DNA from: Selaginella moellendorffii
Taxonomy: Eukaryota; Plantae; Lycopodiophyta
Length of the DNA: 64,000 nt
NCBI RefSeq assembly: GCF_000143415.4
Contig: NW_003314272.1
Location: 716,184-780,183 of the forward strand
Reading direction: 5' to 3'
Shown: positions 11,093 through 21,836 of the stretch, in pieces
Numbering within the stretch: the stretch's first letter is position 1
Layout of the letters: each line of letters begins with the position of its first letter
Translations under genes and position numbers: made by a program
Notes under the pieces: generated by a model
The model's input: the letters and a program-made list of their open reading frames with translations, nothing else
What the model was told of the DNA's origin: nothing
The model's database searches: none

Positions 11093-13182
11093 TTAATTAT
11101 TAATATTTATCAATTTTGATGCACTTCTAGCGGTGAAACCTTCTTGCTCTCCAAACTTGATCGCTTGTCTCAAAACCTCATCTCTTTTCGCTGCGTTGTT
11201 AGCATCACCACTCTGCTCCAAGAGTTCTTCCACACAGTCCCGGTATTGCTGTTCGTTTAGTTTGGCTAGGCACACAGTGAGGCCGAATAGATCAGCGAGC
11301 TTCACAGTCGTTTCGCCAATCTTTGCGTCGGAACGAGAGCTCGTAGCACAGAGGAGAACATTACGCGGCCACTCCTGTAAAAAAGTGGTGAGAAGATAAA
11401 CTTCTGTAAGGATAGATAGACCAGAAAAAAACGAAATGGGAAGTACCTGCAAATGCTCGTCCAGAGCTGCCTTGAGCAGCACAAAGCTCTCCTCGACTGA
11501 CCGGAGAAACAAATCCTCTACCACTAAAACAAACCGGATGTGGCTGTTCTTCCTCATCTCTTCCAGTATAGTTGCAAGCTGTTTAAACTCGCTGCTTGGA
11601 AGTAGCACCACCCGAAAGCGTGCATCCTCGGATAGCTTGCTCAAAGTAGCTTTCACGAGCCACGATTTTCCAGAGCCGGAGGGACCATGCTGCACGAAAA
11701 AAAATCATTCGTTTCTAATTAGTTTTCTCCCGACACTATCTTCAATCAAAGGGCCGTGAGCTTACCACAAATACATGACGAGCAGAGCCCTGTGAAACAT
11801 GCCGGTATATATTTTCACGCAAGGCTGCTTGCTGCCTGGACCATACTGTCAGATGCGGTTCACTTAGAGGCTTAAGGTATCGAAAGTCCGGCACGAGCTT
11901 TCCTCCCCGCAACTTTAGAACTGCATCAACACGGACAGAGTTTCAGATTGCGCAGGCAACTTATCAGCCGGTCTTTAGAACCTTGAGACAGTGCAACGCG
12001 ACCAAAACCATTCTCAGCGTGGTAATCCTTCAGCAGATGAACAGCTTCCGACCAGTTCCATAAACCGCTGATCTTCTTTTGCCACTGTTGCCGTTCTGTT
12101 TCAAAGTTTGAGAGTCATATAAGCAAAGACATGGTCACACCTGAAATGACAAAATCGCTCTCTGTTTTGATGGTTTTCTCCTCAGACGGCGAAACCAAAA
12201 TCTTGTCCTCCACGGACGCTTCCTTTTCTACGTCAGACAGCGGGTCGATGAACTAGAACACGGCCAAGATGTGATATGCTTTTTACCTTCGTCTGTGACC
12301 AGGAAACCAACAATATTATTCGTCTTCTTCTCGTCTACCTTTGGAACAGTGCGGGAATCAAGGCTGGAGGATGCAGCATTGCGCCATTGAGGCTTAGTTT
12401 CCGACACGAGCTCTGCCACCTAGAAACTAAGACGCTTAAGAAACAAGTAGAAGAAAGAAAACTTACCCAGCTTATCATCGTGGATTCATTGAGGCTAAGC
12501 CGCTGTAAGCTTTCGAGATCTGCGGTTGCTGCTGCTTCGAGTGATGCCGGGATTCGTCCTCCATAAGTGCTGCTGGAATCACCACTGCTTGCAGCTGCTT
12601 CAGCAAAAGGATTCCCATCCGCCTTTAGAATCCCTTCGAGAAGAAAATCCTGCCAGCTGCAAGATTTCTATATTTCATGAACCTTTCATATCGAAAGTTG
12701 GACTTACCTCGAGTGCTTGCCGGTTGCCATGAGGCGGAAGAACTCTCCATAGGCTTCCAGAATTTTTATATCATCTATCACAGGAGGACAAAGAACAAAT
12801 CTTATAGACCAGAAGCACAAAGACACAAGAAAAAACAAAGTACCGTCTCTCCTGCGAAGAACCAGCAGCAGCTTAAGAAATGCCTGGGCTGGGGGGCTTC
12901 TAAAAACCTCCTGATAAACCAGCAAAGCTGCTACATCCTTGAGCAATCCATCGGCGACTCTCTCAATCCTATTTTTCTTACAGGAAACCATATCTTAGAA
13001 GAAGAGGAAGAAGAGAGACGCTTTTCTTACTGGATTCGAGGATCAGTGGTGAAGCCCAGAGAAGCCGAGACAATGTAGCTGCGATTCCTGGAGCTCCGAC
13101 CGCCAAAATGGTGCCTGGGAGTGGTAAATCGAACAGATGGCGTCCGCAGCGTTATGGGGCTACTCGCAGCTAGCAACGCCAT
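11093..13182 (-). CDS. DUF815-family AAA+ ATPase-like protein with putative plastid transit peptide, multi-exon
   Basis: Ser/Arg/Thr-rich N-terminus MALLAASSPITLRTPSVRF; LLVYQEV...QAFLKLL; SWQDFLLEGIL..DGNPF; Walker A HGPSGSGKS; PRNVLLCATSSR; FGLTV; GFTARSA. Confidence 0.75.
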
Positions 13183-13333
13183 CACCGATTTCTAGGGCTC
13201 CAAATTTTGAAAATAAAGTCCAAGATACATTCTTGTGTAGAATATGCTTCTCATACGTTCGATAGATTTGTGTTACTAAAAGTCTTAAGTTTTTCGCATG
13301 CCAAGAAAATTATTTACAAAAGTATGCACATAT

Positions 13334-13983
13334 TTATATCGTTTTCTCCGCCACCTTTTCGCCTCGCTTGACCGCTTTAACGAAAATATCTTCATGAATG
13401 CCTCCACTGCTCGATTTCTTGACCTCCTTCCACTGGCTATCCATATAGTAGTAGTAATTGTAGAGGGAACTTGGGAAATTTTGCGCCATCAGGGCATAAA
13501 TCTCCTTTAGCGTCGTCGACCACGTCTCCTTCGTGAAACTCTCGCGAAAATCGCGTGGGGAGTTTAGAACTTTCGGCCCTTGGCATGCGTAAACCAGCCT
13601 TAGCGGCCGATCCTTCCTGTTCTTGGTCGCCACCATGATCTTGCTCTCGTCGCCCGCGTCTAAGTTCACTCCCCAGTAAATCCCCTGATAAGCAACCACG
13701 CGAACTCGGTATAAAACACACAAGGAGTGGAGAACTTACCTCGGTTGGACTGACAGTTAGACCATGATCGTAGAACGTTGTCTCGGACATTGCCAGCCCA
13801 AAACGCTTGCAAAACTCCTCCATCATGGGCTTAAAGGGTTCGTCATTCTTGGCCTCGCGAAACCATCTCCGCCCATTGTCAGCCTGGAGTTTACGTTAGT
13901 TCTATGCAATTCCACAAAGAAGTTCATGATCTCAATACCTCAAACACAACCAAATCGCTTCCCTTTGCCACCATCGGAACCAT
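13334..13983 (-). CDS. SUMO/Rad60-like domain protein with C-terminal extension (exons 13983-13939, 13883-13740, 13684-13334)
   Basis: Two 55-nt phase-0 GT-AG introns give one open frame; DNGRRWFREAKNDEPFKPMMEEFCKRFGLAMSETTFYDHG aligns without gaps to the SUMO core. Confidence 0.6.
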
Positions 13984-14088
13984 CGCACAGATAATATTTA
14001 GGTCACAGTGATATTCTAAAGGATATAAATACTCGTATGGGAAAATGTTGTTAATTCTAATTAGTTTTAGTGATAAGCATAATTAATA

Positions 14089-15684
14089 ATGACAAGCCTT
14101 TTAGACAGGAACCAATGCATCGAGCTCATTAGATCCTCTACCACGCTTCCCGCGGCAAATGCCGCTTCATCGCTCGCCAGGCACCGTCTCCAAGCCGGAG
14201 AAGATTCCTTCCTTTGCAATGTGCTGCTCGAGGCGTACGGAAAGTGTGGCAGCCCCGGCGATGCCAGGAGAATCTTCGACGGCATCAAGCGCAAGAACGT
14301 CTTCTCGTGGGTGCTGCTCCTGCAGGCATATGCCCGGAATGGGCATCTGGAGGATGCGAAGCGCGTCTTTGATGCGATGCCCGAGCGGAATCTCGTCTCA
14401 TGGAACTGTATGCTGGTGACACTTGTGCAGAACGGGAATCTTGACCAGGCCCGGCGGGTTCTTGATGGCATGAAAGAGCGCAACCTGGTATCTTTCACCA
14501 CGATGCTCATGGCGTATGCCCAAGCAGGGCATATTGAGCAGGCCAGGCGCGTCTTCTCTAAGATGCCCGACTGGGATCTCATTGCGTGTACGACGATGAT
14601 ATGGGCGTACGGAGAGGAAAGGGAATCTTTCCAGGCAAAGCGCGTGTTTGATTCCATGCCCGAGTGGGATCTCGCGTGCTACTGCGCGATGCTAACAGCA
14701 TATGCTGAGAGCGGGCATCTGGAATATGCTACGAACCTCTTTCGGCGATTGCCGGAGTTTAACGTCGTAGCAGTGAACTCTCTCTTAGCCGTACTGGCAC
14801 ACAACTTGAAGATTGACGGCGCTAAGCGCGTGTTTGATTCCATGCAAGAGAGAATACTCGTCTCGTGGAACACTATACTCTTGGCATATTCCCAATCCGG
14901 GCATCTGGAGGAGGCCAAGCACGCGTTTGATTCCATGCCCGAGCGTGATATGGTATCGTGGAATCTCATTCTAGATGCGTACAGACACTACGGCCTACCG
15001 GAGAACGCCCGGGAGATCTTCGACCGTATGTACGAGCGAGACTTGGTGTCGTGGAACACGCTCATGGCGTGCCTGCTCGAGGCGGGGTGTTTGGCGGAGG
15101 CGATAGACGTATTCTACGCCATGGACGAGCGGAACGATTGCTCGTTTAACACTCTCCTGGCGGCGTACGTCGGTAGCGGGCGTTTGGCGGAGGGGAGGCG
15201 GGCGTTTGGCAGTATGCCCAGCGTGGACATAGTGGCGTGGAATACCCTAATCGCGGGTTATGCCCGGAGCGGCGAGGGGGAGGTCGCCCTGGAGCTCTTC
15301 GCGGCGATGGCGATGGAGGAGGCGCCCAATGCGATCTCGTTCGTGCTGGCGCTGCGCGCGTCCAGCCACGGCGGCGATGTCTACCGCGGGTGGGCGCGAT
15401 TTTGCTCCATGGTGGTGGATTTTGGCATCGATCCGAGCAAGCAGCACTACTGCTGCATGGTGGATCTTCTCGGGAGGGCGGGCTATGGTGGCAATGCGGA
15501 GGAGCTGGTGCGCAGCATGCCGTTTGTGCCGGACGCGCTGGACTGGACGTGCGTTCTCTCGTCGTGCAAGGGGCGGAGGGATCGCCGGAGAGGCGCGGTG
15601 GCGGTGGAGAATGTTCTTCGCTTGGATCCCAAGAACACGGCTGTCTACGTGCTGGCTTTGAATCACAGCGTACGCGATGGGTGA
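14089..15684 (+). CDS. PLS-class PPR protein (S-repeat rich) with truncated E domain and no DYW
   Basis: About 31-aa repeats (AKRVFDAMPERNLVSWN); C-terminal HYCCMVDLLGRAG...MPFVPDALDWTCVLSSC; intronless. Confidence 0.93.
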   Translation: MTSLLDRNQCIELIRSSTTLPAANAASSLARHRLQAGEDSFLCNVLLEAYGKCGSPGDARRIFDGIKRKNVFSWVLLLQAYARNGHLEDAKRVFDAMPERNLVSWNCMLVTLVQNGNLDQARRVLDGMKERNLVSFTTMLMAYAQAGHIEQARRVFSKMPDWDLIACTTMIWAYGEERESFQAKRVFDSMPEWDLACYCAMLTAYAESGHLEYATNLFRRLPEFNVVAVNSLLAVLAHNLKIDGAKRVFDSMQERILVSWNTILLAYSQSGHLEEAKHAFDSMPERDMVSWNLILDAYRHYGLPENAREIFDRMYERDLVSWNTLMACLLEAGCLAEAIDVFYAMDERNDCSFNTLLAAYVGSGRLAEGRRAFGSMPSVDIVAWNTLIAGYARSGEGEVALELFAAMAMEEAPNAISFVLALRASSHGGDVYRGWARFCSMVVDFGIDPSKQHYCCMVDLLGRAGYGGNAEELVRSMPFVPDALDWTCVLSSCKGRRDRRRGAVAVENVLRLDPKNTAVYVLALNHSVRDG

Positions 15685-15957
15685 TGGATCGAGGTCGAGA
15701 AAAGGTGAGTTTTTTCTTTATCTCTTTCTTTCAACTTTTTCTTTTTTTCTGGCAGCATGGATGATTGCTGGTGGCATGCGAAGCTTTTGAGGTAGATGAT
15801 GATCCTTGCTCTTCGTTCTTATTGTCTGGCTCGCAGCTCATCACTGTTCTTAGTTGGACAGGAATCTTGGAAAAGCTGTCTAAGACCGCGTTGCCGGCTC
15901 CCATCGTTCTCTATATGTTTATAAGCTGGGATTGGTGTTGCTCGCAAAAACACGCAA

Positions 15958-17938
15958 ATGGAGCTTGTGAGGAGCTCTGGAACACGGTTTTTGCTGCTGT
16001 GCGTCATTCTTTTCTTCCGACAGGCAGCCGGGAGAACGAGAAAGTTTGAGTTTAATGTGAGTATATCTGGTTATCTTTGGAGAATGACGTTCCAGTCTTT
16101 TGTGTATGACAGGTCGCATATATGAGTGTTAACAAGTTATGCAGAGCTACGAGGATTGTTGCTGTCAATGGGCAGTTTCCCGGGCCTTCCATCCGCATCC
16201 AACAAGGCGATAAAGTGATAGTTCGAGTTCATAATATGATACGCAGCAACATCACTATTCACTGGTAACATACATTTGTTTTTGTAAACATGAGCTAAGG
16301 TTTTCTTTTTTCTTCTTTTCTTTTTTTTGGTGTTCCTGTGCGTAGGCATGGAGTTCAGCAGCGGCTTTCGTGTTGGCAAGACGGGCCTGCATTTATAACT
16401 CAGTGTCCCATCCAAGAGAGAAACTCGTTCACGTATCGATTTAGAGTCGATCAAGTCGGGACACTTTTCTGGCACGCTCATGCAGCTTGGCTTAGAGGCA
16501 CAGTTCATGGTGCGTTTATCATCGAGCCTGTTACCAGAAGACCGCGGCCGTATCCATTTCCCCAGCCATTTAGAGACGAGACCATCATCCTTGGTAAGCA
16601 AAGCTCTCTAAAACTTTTGGTTTGATTTTGCGAGTCGCTTCTCCAGGAGATTGGTTTGTCAACGATCTCCTCGAAGAGGAGGAGCGAGCTATAGTTTCTG
16701 GCGGAGCACCGGACATGTCCAACGCTTTCATAATCAACGGGAAGCCTGGGCCTCTCTTTAACTGTTCGGCGACTTCTTATTCCAAGTCATTCACTCACGA
16801 AGAGAACACGCACAAGATCGGCTTCATACCAGGAGAAGCTTACCTCCTGAGAATCATCAATGCTGCACTGGAACAGGACCTCTTCTTCTCAATCGCAAAT
16901 CACACCATGACCGTCGTCGAGATCGACGCATCCTACACAAAGCATCTCACAGTCACCGAGTTTCTCATCACCCCGGGGCAAACCGTATCAGTTCTAGTCA
17001 AGGCAAGCCAGCACGGTGGAAGTTACTACATGGCAGCCTCGCCTTGGAGATCCGGTGGTGCTCTCTTCCAGCCAACAGCAGCTCTTGGCATCATCGAGTA
17101 CATTACTCCACACGGGAATTTTTCGCTCATGCCAGTTCTTCATAACCTGCCGAACCCGGACGACAAGGCCTTGGGGCAAAAGTTCCAGAAGCTGCTGCGG
17201 AGCTTAAACTCGAAACAGTATCCAGAACAAGTTCCTCAGTTCGCAGATCGACGCCTGTTTCACGTCGTCAGCTTGAACGTAAAGCCTTGCTCTCCAGGCA
17301 TCAATTGCTCGGGACCAGCAGGACTACGCCTATCAAGCTCCATCAACAACGTTTCTTTCGTCTCACCGAAGACTTCGTCCATTCTAGAAGCTTATTACAA
17401 CAGGATTCCGGGTGTCTTCACGGCCGATTTTCCTGACAAGCCGCCGGCTCCATACGACTACGTTGGCAAGGCTTTCGATATCTCTGATCTCTTTTCGGAG
17501 ACTGGAACGAGAGTGAGCGTCATTCCTTACGGTGCCAACGTCCAGCTCGTTCTCCAGACGACCATCAACCTTGCAAACGACAGCCATCCATTTCACCTCC
17601 ACGGTTTTGACTTCTACATCGTTGGCGAGGGGCACGGCAACTTTGACGGTGCTCGAGACGAGCGCAAGTTCAACCTTGTGGATCCTCCACGCAGGAACAC
17701 TGCGTTGATTCCAATCAAAGGCTGGATAGCTTTAAGATTCAAGGCTGACAATCCAGGTATGATACTTCCCATTCATTCGGCTTCTAACGTTATGAGTCTG
17801 CGACCAGGAACTTGGCTGTTCCATTGCCACCTAGACGGACATCTTACTTGGGGCCTGGAGATGGCATTCATCGTTCTAAACGGTGAAGGCCCCAAGCAAA
17901 CTTTGCCTTCTCCGCCAAAACATCGACCAAAATGCTAG
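15958..17938 (+). CDS. LAC: Laccase (multicopper oxidase), multi-exon
   Basis: Signal peptide MELVRSSG...; IHW/HG, FWHAH, HPFHLHG and HCHLDGHLTWGL copper-binding motifs. Confidence 0.93.
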
Positions 17939-18050
17939 TTTATGCTGTAAGTTTTCACAGGCACGACTCAATGAGTTTCTGATCGGTGTTCTTATCAGCT
18001 CAAGGATCATTGCCGACGATTCTTATATATGCGTACACTATGTCTTCGAT

Positions 18051-19780
18051 TCAGCATTCGTAACATCGGGTAAAAAATCCAAACAGGTGGAATTTCCTTC
18101 GTAGATTTCTCACGCCAGCCCAGGCTCCGAATCCAACACCGATTACAAGTATCCAGACAACAACACCGACGTTGATTGCATATATCCATATCCAGCTCGG
18201 CAGCCAGAAAGGAGGCCCCTCTTTGGACTCCTGCTCACAAGGTAACATTGAGAGCTTGAACTGCAAATGCTAAACTTGCCTTTCGCGCAGAAGTACTTCT
18301 GTGATAAACCATGAAAGCCACGCACGGGACAATGTAGATCGTAAAGCTCGTGAAGAAAGCAGCCGCCACTATATTGATAACGCCAATGAAGGGAATCATC
18401 AGCGCGACGAGCCAGACCAGTATCACGACTGGCAATCTCGCGGCGGATTTGAGCAAGTATCGTCCTGGCAACGAGTGTATCCCGCAAAACTTCTCCCACG
18501 TAAGATAGATCGGAAGCACCGAGAAGCCAAACTGGACGAACTGCAGCAAAGAGCACTATGGTCAGGCAAGCTTTCCAAGTTTATCTTCTTTCGCAACAAA
18601 GTTCTTTCTTCTCGCCTGGTGGATGATCATGAGAACTATGGCTACGTCACGGTACTTGGACTTGTGGAACCTGGTGAGAGCGTATGAGTGCTGGAGCATC
18701 TCCTCTCCATACGTCCAGTAAACCGCGATGGCCGAAGGCAAAGTGAGAGTCCATATGTAGAGAACCGCGTAGAGGTAAATCTCCTTAAATTTTTGTGGCT
18801 TCTTCATGGCATGGGTGAGCTCGCTAAGATGGTGAAGATAACGAGGTGATGTTATAGTAAAGAGATCCGACTTACATTGTCAATCCATGGCCTCCAAACG
18901 CGTATAAGATGTTGGAAGCTCCCAAGAAGTAGTCTAGAGAGGAGTGTGGAGCATTGTGTTTCACAGGGCCATCCTGTTTTGTACATGATCGTGTGAGATT
19001 TCTATCGATAAGAAGGTCATAAAATAAATACCTTTCCTTGGAAAATGGAAGCTAAAACCATGTACCAAGCAGTGTAAGTAGTCATTACAATACCAACAGA
19101 AGATAATACTCTGTAGTTTTGAGCTCTGGGGATCAAAATACTGGGTATAACGCAAGCTCCGAGCACCACAGTCCATGATCGCTTGTCTAGACGATCATTG
19201 AGGATATGGGCAAGGCTGTCCAAAATAAAATGCATAGAAAATTTTAATTTTTTTTTGAAAAAAGGTGATATTACTTGGATGCTCCTATAAGTGTGATAGC
19301 ACTTTGCAACACCTGGAGGCCAGTGTTAAATATCAAGCCAAGGTACTTCCAAAATGTACCAAGAAGCCCATCTAAAACTTCATACCACTGAGACAAAACC
19401 ATGTAAGATTATCAAGATTGATTCAATAATGTAGAAGGGACCTGAATTTCATGCTTGTCACTGTACAGAGCTTCTCTTTCAAATCTCTTCCTGTAGTTCA
19501 TATACAGCCAAGTTGTCATGTAGCAAGCCCATGCCCCAAGGGTTCCATAGAAGAGCTGGAAAAGAATGCCAGAGACTAATCCCAGCTGAGCAAATGAATT
19601 GGGGAGCGTGAGAAGAACTTGCCCAACCTTTTAGATTCATGATCAAGACATGAGAAAATCCCAAGGAAGAAAAGAGGCAAAAACCTGGTAAGATGTAGCA
19701 TTGAACCAAGCATCAATGACAGAGCTCCCATTCAAGATTGTGCTTGCAATTCTAGTGAGCCTCCTGCTGTGCCTCCACAT
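18051..19780 (-). CDS. Divergent AUX1/LAX-family auxin influx carrier, multi-exon; start approximate
   Basis: SVIDAWF..YQ, HAMKKPQKFKEIYLYAVLYIWTLTLPSAIAVYW, ARLPVV, SFTIYIVP, and C-terminal LFGFFTRCYEC. Confidence 0.85.
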
Positions 19781-19920
19781 TGGAATTGGAAAGATCTGAA
19801 GAGAACAACAGTGGCTTTGCCCTGGAAGAGAATTCTCTCACAAACAAGCGCACTCATATCATTCCTAGTCAATAAAGGCCGCTCAATCTCTCTCTCACAA
19901 AAACAAATATTCTGTCTTGA

Positions 19921-20862
19921 TTATAAGGTTTTCGGCAAATCCAATCCCACTGCCTCAAAAAATTTCTTCCATTCAACGTACACTCCTTCCGTGAAGATGG
20001 CTATGAGCCGGCCGGGATCTCGCGTTTCCCTGTAACACCTCCTCTCGATCCCATGCTCGATCGTCTCCTCCTCCTGGAAGCAGCTGCGGTACACGCCATA
20101 GCTCACAATCTCCTCGCTCTCGACCAGGTAGGCGTTGTTGGGCACCATTGGAGTGATGCTCCACAGGAGAAACGCGAGCAAAACTCTCCCGACTCGCCCA
20201 TTCCCATCGCGGAATGGATGAACGAGCTCGAATTCCAGGAAGAACGTCACCGCCACCTCGAGAAGCTTGCCAACGTCAAAAGTGTCGTCGCCGCCGCGAT
20301 CGATCGGGAAGATCTCTTCCAGCCTCGTGTTGGTCGCTCCTATCAGCCGCTGGAGCTTGGCGGAGATCTGATCCGGCTCCACAAACTGGTGGAACGATCC
20401 ATCTTCCAGGCGCACAAACACGTCCTTCTGCCGGAACTGGCCGGCATCGCTCTCCCACCCCTCGCGATTCTGGAACAAGACCTTGTGGATCCTCTTGATC
20501 CCGGAGATCGTGAGAGATGGCGGGTGGGAGCAGCATTCGCTCGCCTCACGCTCCACCATGCCATAGGCGTCGTGCAAGTTGAGGGTGACGATGGTGTCCA
20601 GCGATTGATCCACGGCGCCCTGGCCACTCCTGGCTGCGTCAATCACTGCCCCGGTCTGGGGGATGGAGTCGTAGCCCTCGCCATTGATCGTGTTCACCTG
20701 GTAGACGAAATCCACAAGCATCTGCTTGCGGCACAGCGCTGCTGCCCTTTCCTGCGCTGCGATCCGCGCGGATTGCCTGTGGGATTCGGCGATCAAGCTC
20801 TGGATCCCCCTTACCAGCGACGAGGTGCTGCATCGCTCACTTCTCCTCTGCTCAATCGCCAT
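19921..20862 (-). CDS. Fic/DOC-domain protein (predicted adenylyltransferase), intronless
   Basis: VHPFRDGNGRVGR matches HPFx(D/E)GNGRxxR; IKRIHKVLF and AGQFRQKDVFV are typical Fic core elements. Confidence 0.9.
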   Translation of the reverse strand: MAIEQRRSERCSTSSLVRGIQSLIAESHRQSARIAAQERAAALCRKQMLVDFVYQVNTINGEGYDSIPQTGAVIDAARSGQGAVDQSLDTIVTLNLHDAYGMVEREASECCSHPPSLTISGIKRIHKVLFQNREGWESDAGQFRQKDVFVRLEDGSFHQFVEPDQISAKLQRLIGATNTRLEEIFPIDRGGDDTFDVGKLLEVAVTFFLEFELVHPFRDGNGRVGRVLLAFLLWSITPMVPNNAYLVESEEIVSYGVYRSCFQEEETIEHGIERRCYRETRDPGRLIAIFTEGVYVEWKKFFEAVGLDLPKTL

Positions 20863-21175
20863 GAGAAAAACCCTAAATTCTACAAAAAAAAGAGAGGAAT
20901 ATTGTCATGTTAATTTATACGTTTTTAAATTTTATTATCAAACATAAATAAGTGAATGATACTTATAAACAAAACAATGTTATAGTTAAATTATATTCTA
21001 ATAAAATCTTGCAGCTTAATTAGGAAACAGGATAAGATTTAATAAATCAACCATACTGAATTTAGGTTTTTTCGTCCGTCCCTACTCGTTAGGTTTGGAT
21101 CCTGGCAAGGTATGTATGATTTGGAATTTTCTTGTAAGGAACCTCTAATCTCTATTCATTAGTGACAATGTACAG

Positions 21176-21748
21176 AAGTATCAATCACAAAATAAATGTC
21201 AAGATGAAGAATTAACGAAGTGCCCGCGATGCAACTCCCTTGACACCAAATTTTGCTATAATAACAATAAAAAAGCTTCACAGCCACGGTATAGATGCAA
21301 TTCGTGCAAGCGCAAATTCACCAAAGGTGGCAGAATTAGATTTGTACCACCCAAGAAACCAGAGAGGCAAAGGAATCCCAATCGTAGCAACACCACCAAA
21401 TCCAGAAGCAAAAGTTCAAGATTCAAGCAATCCTCCACCAAGCTTTCATCCAAGAACACTGAAGTTGAGTTGAGCATCTCTGATGAATCTGATGAGGAGA
21501 CTTATGAAGAATCCCTAGAGGAGGAAGACGATGGAGAGGAGGAAGAGAGCCATATCCAGAATCAAGCCAACAAGAGGACAATCAAGAAAGGGTATGCCTT
21601 GAGTTCCAATGAAAAGCATTATCAAGTGGTGAGGAAACCATTGATGGTCACAAGAAAATCTAGTTTTGGAGAACTTTTATGGTATAAGATTGCATTCACC
21701 AAGATTAAGAATGCCATTCTAGATGGATACAATGGTATTACTTATTAA
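21176..21748 (+). CDS. Divergent Dof zinc-finger protein; main exon only, start codon not found
   Basis: The frame from the acceptor at 21175 reads [41 protein letters not shown] and continues into the acidic ORF 21470-21748. Confidence 0.75.
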   Translation, partial: KYQSQNKCQDEELTKCPRCNSLDTKFCYNNNKKASQPRYRCNSCKRKFTKGGRIRFVPPKKPERQRNPNRSNTTKSRSKSSRFKQSSTKLSSKNTEVELSISDESDEETYEESLEEEDDGEEEESHIQNQANKRTIKKGYALSSNEKHYQVVRKPLMVTRKSSFGELLWYKIAFTKIKNAILDGYNGITY

Positions 21749-21836
21749 TTAATTAAAATCTAAGATTTTCTTCAAAAAAAAAAGACCACTCTCAAAAAAT
21801 ACCATTCCTGCTCTCAAGATATTATTCAATTTGATA

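Noticed and set aside
15958-17938. Laccase as part of the GPAT/LTPG cluster
   Set aside because: About 34 kb away with many unrelated genes between; it is a canonical enzyme.
20053-20913. 286-aa ORF antisense to Fic as a possible antitoxin
   Set aside because: Shadow ORF of a GC-rich gene; no supporting motif or composition.
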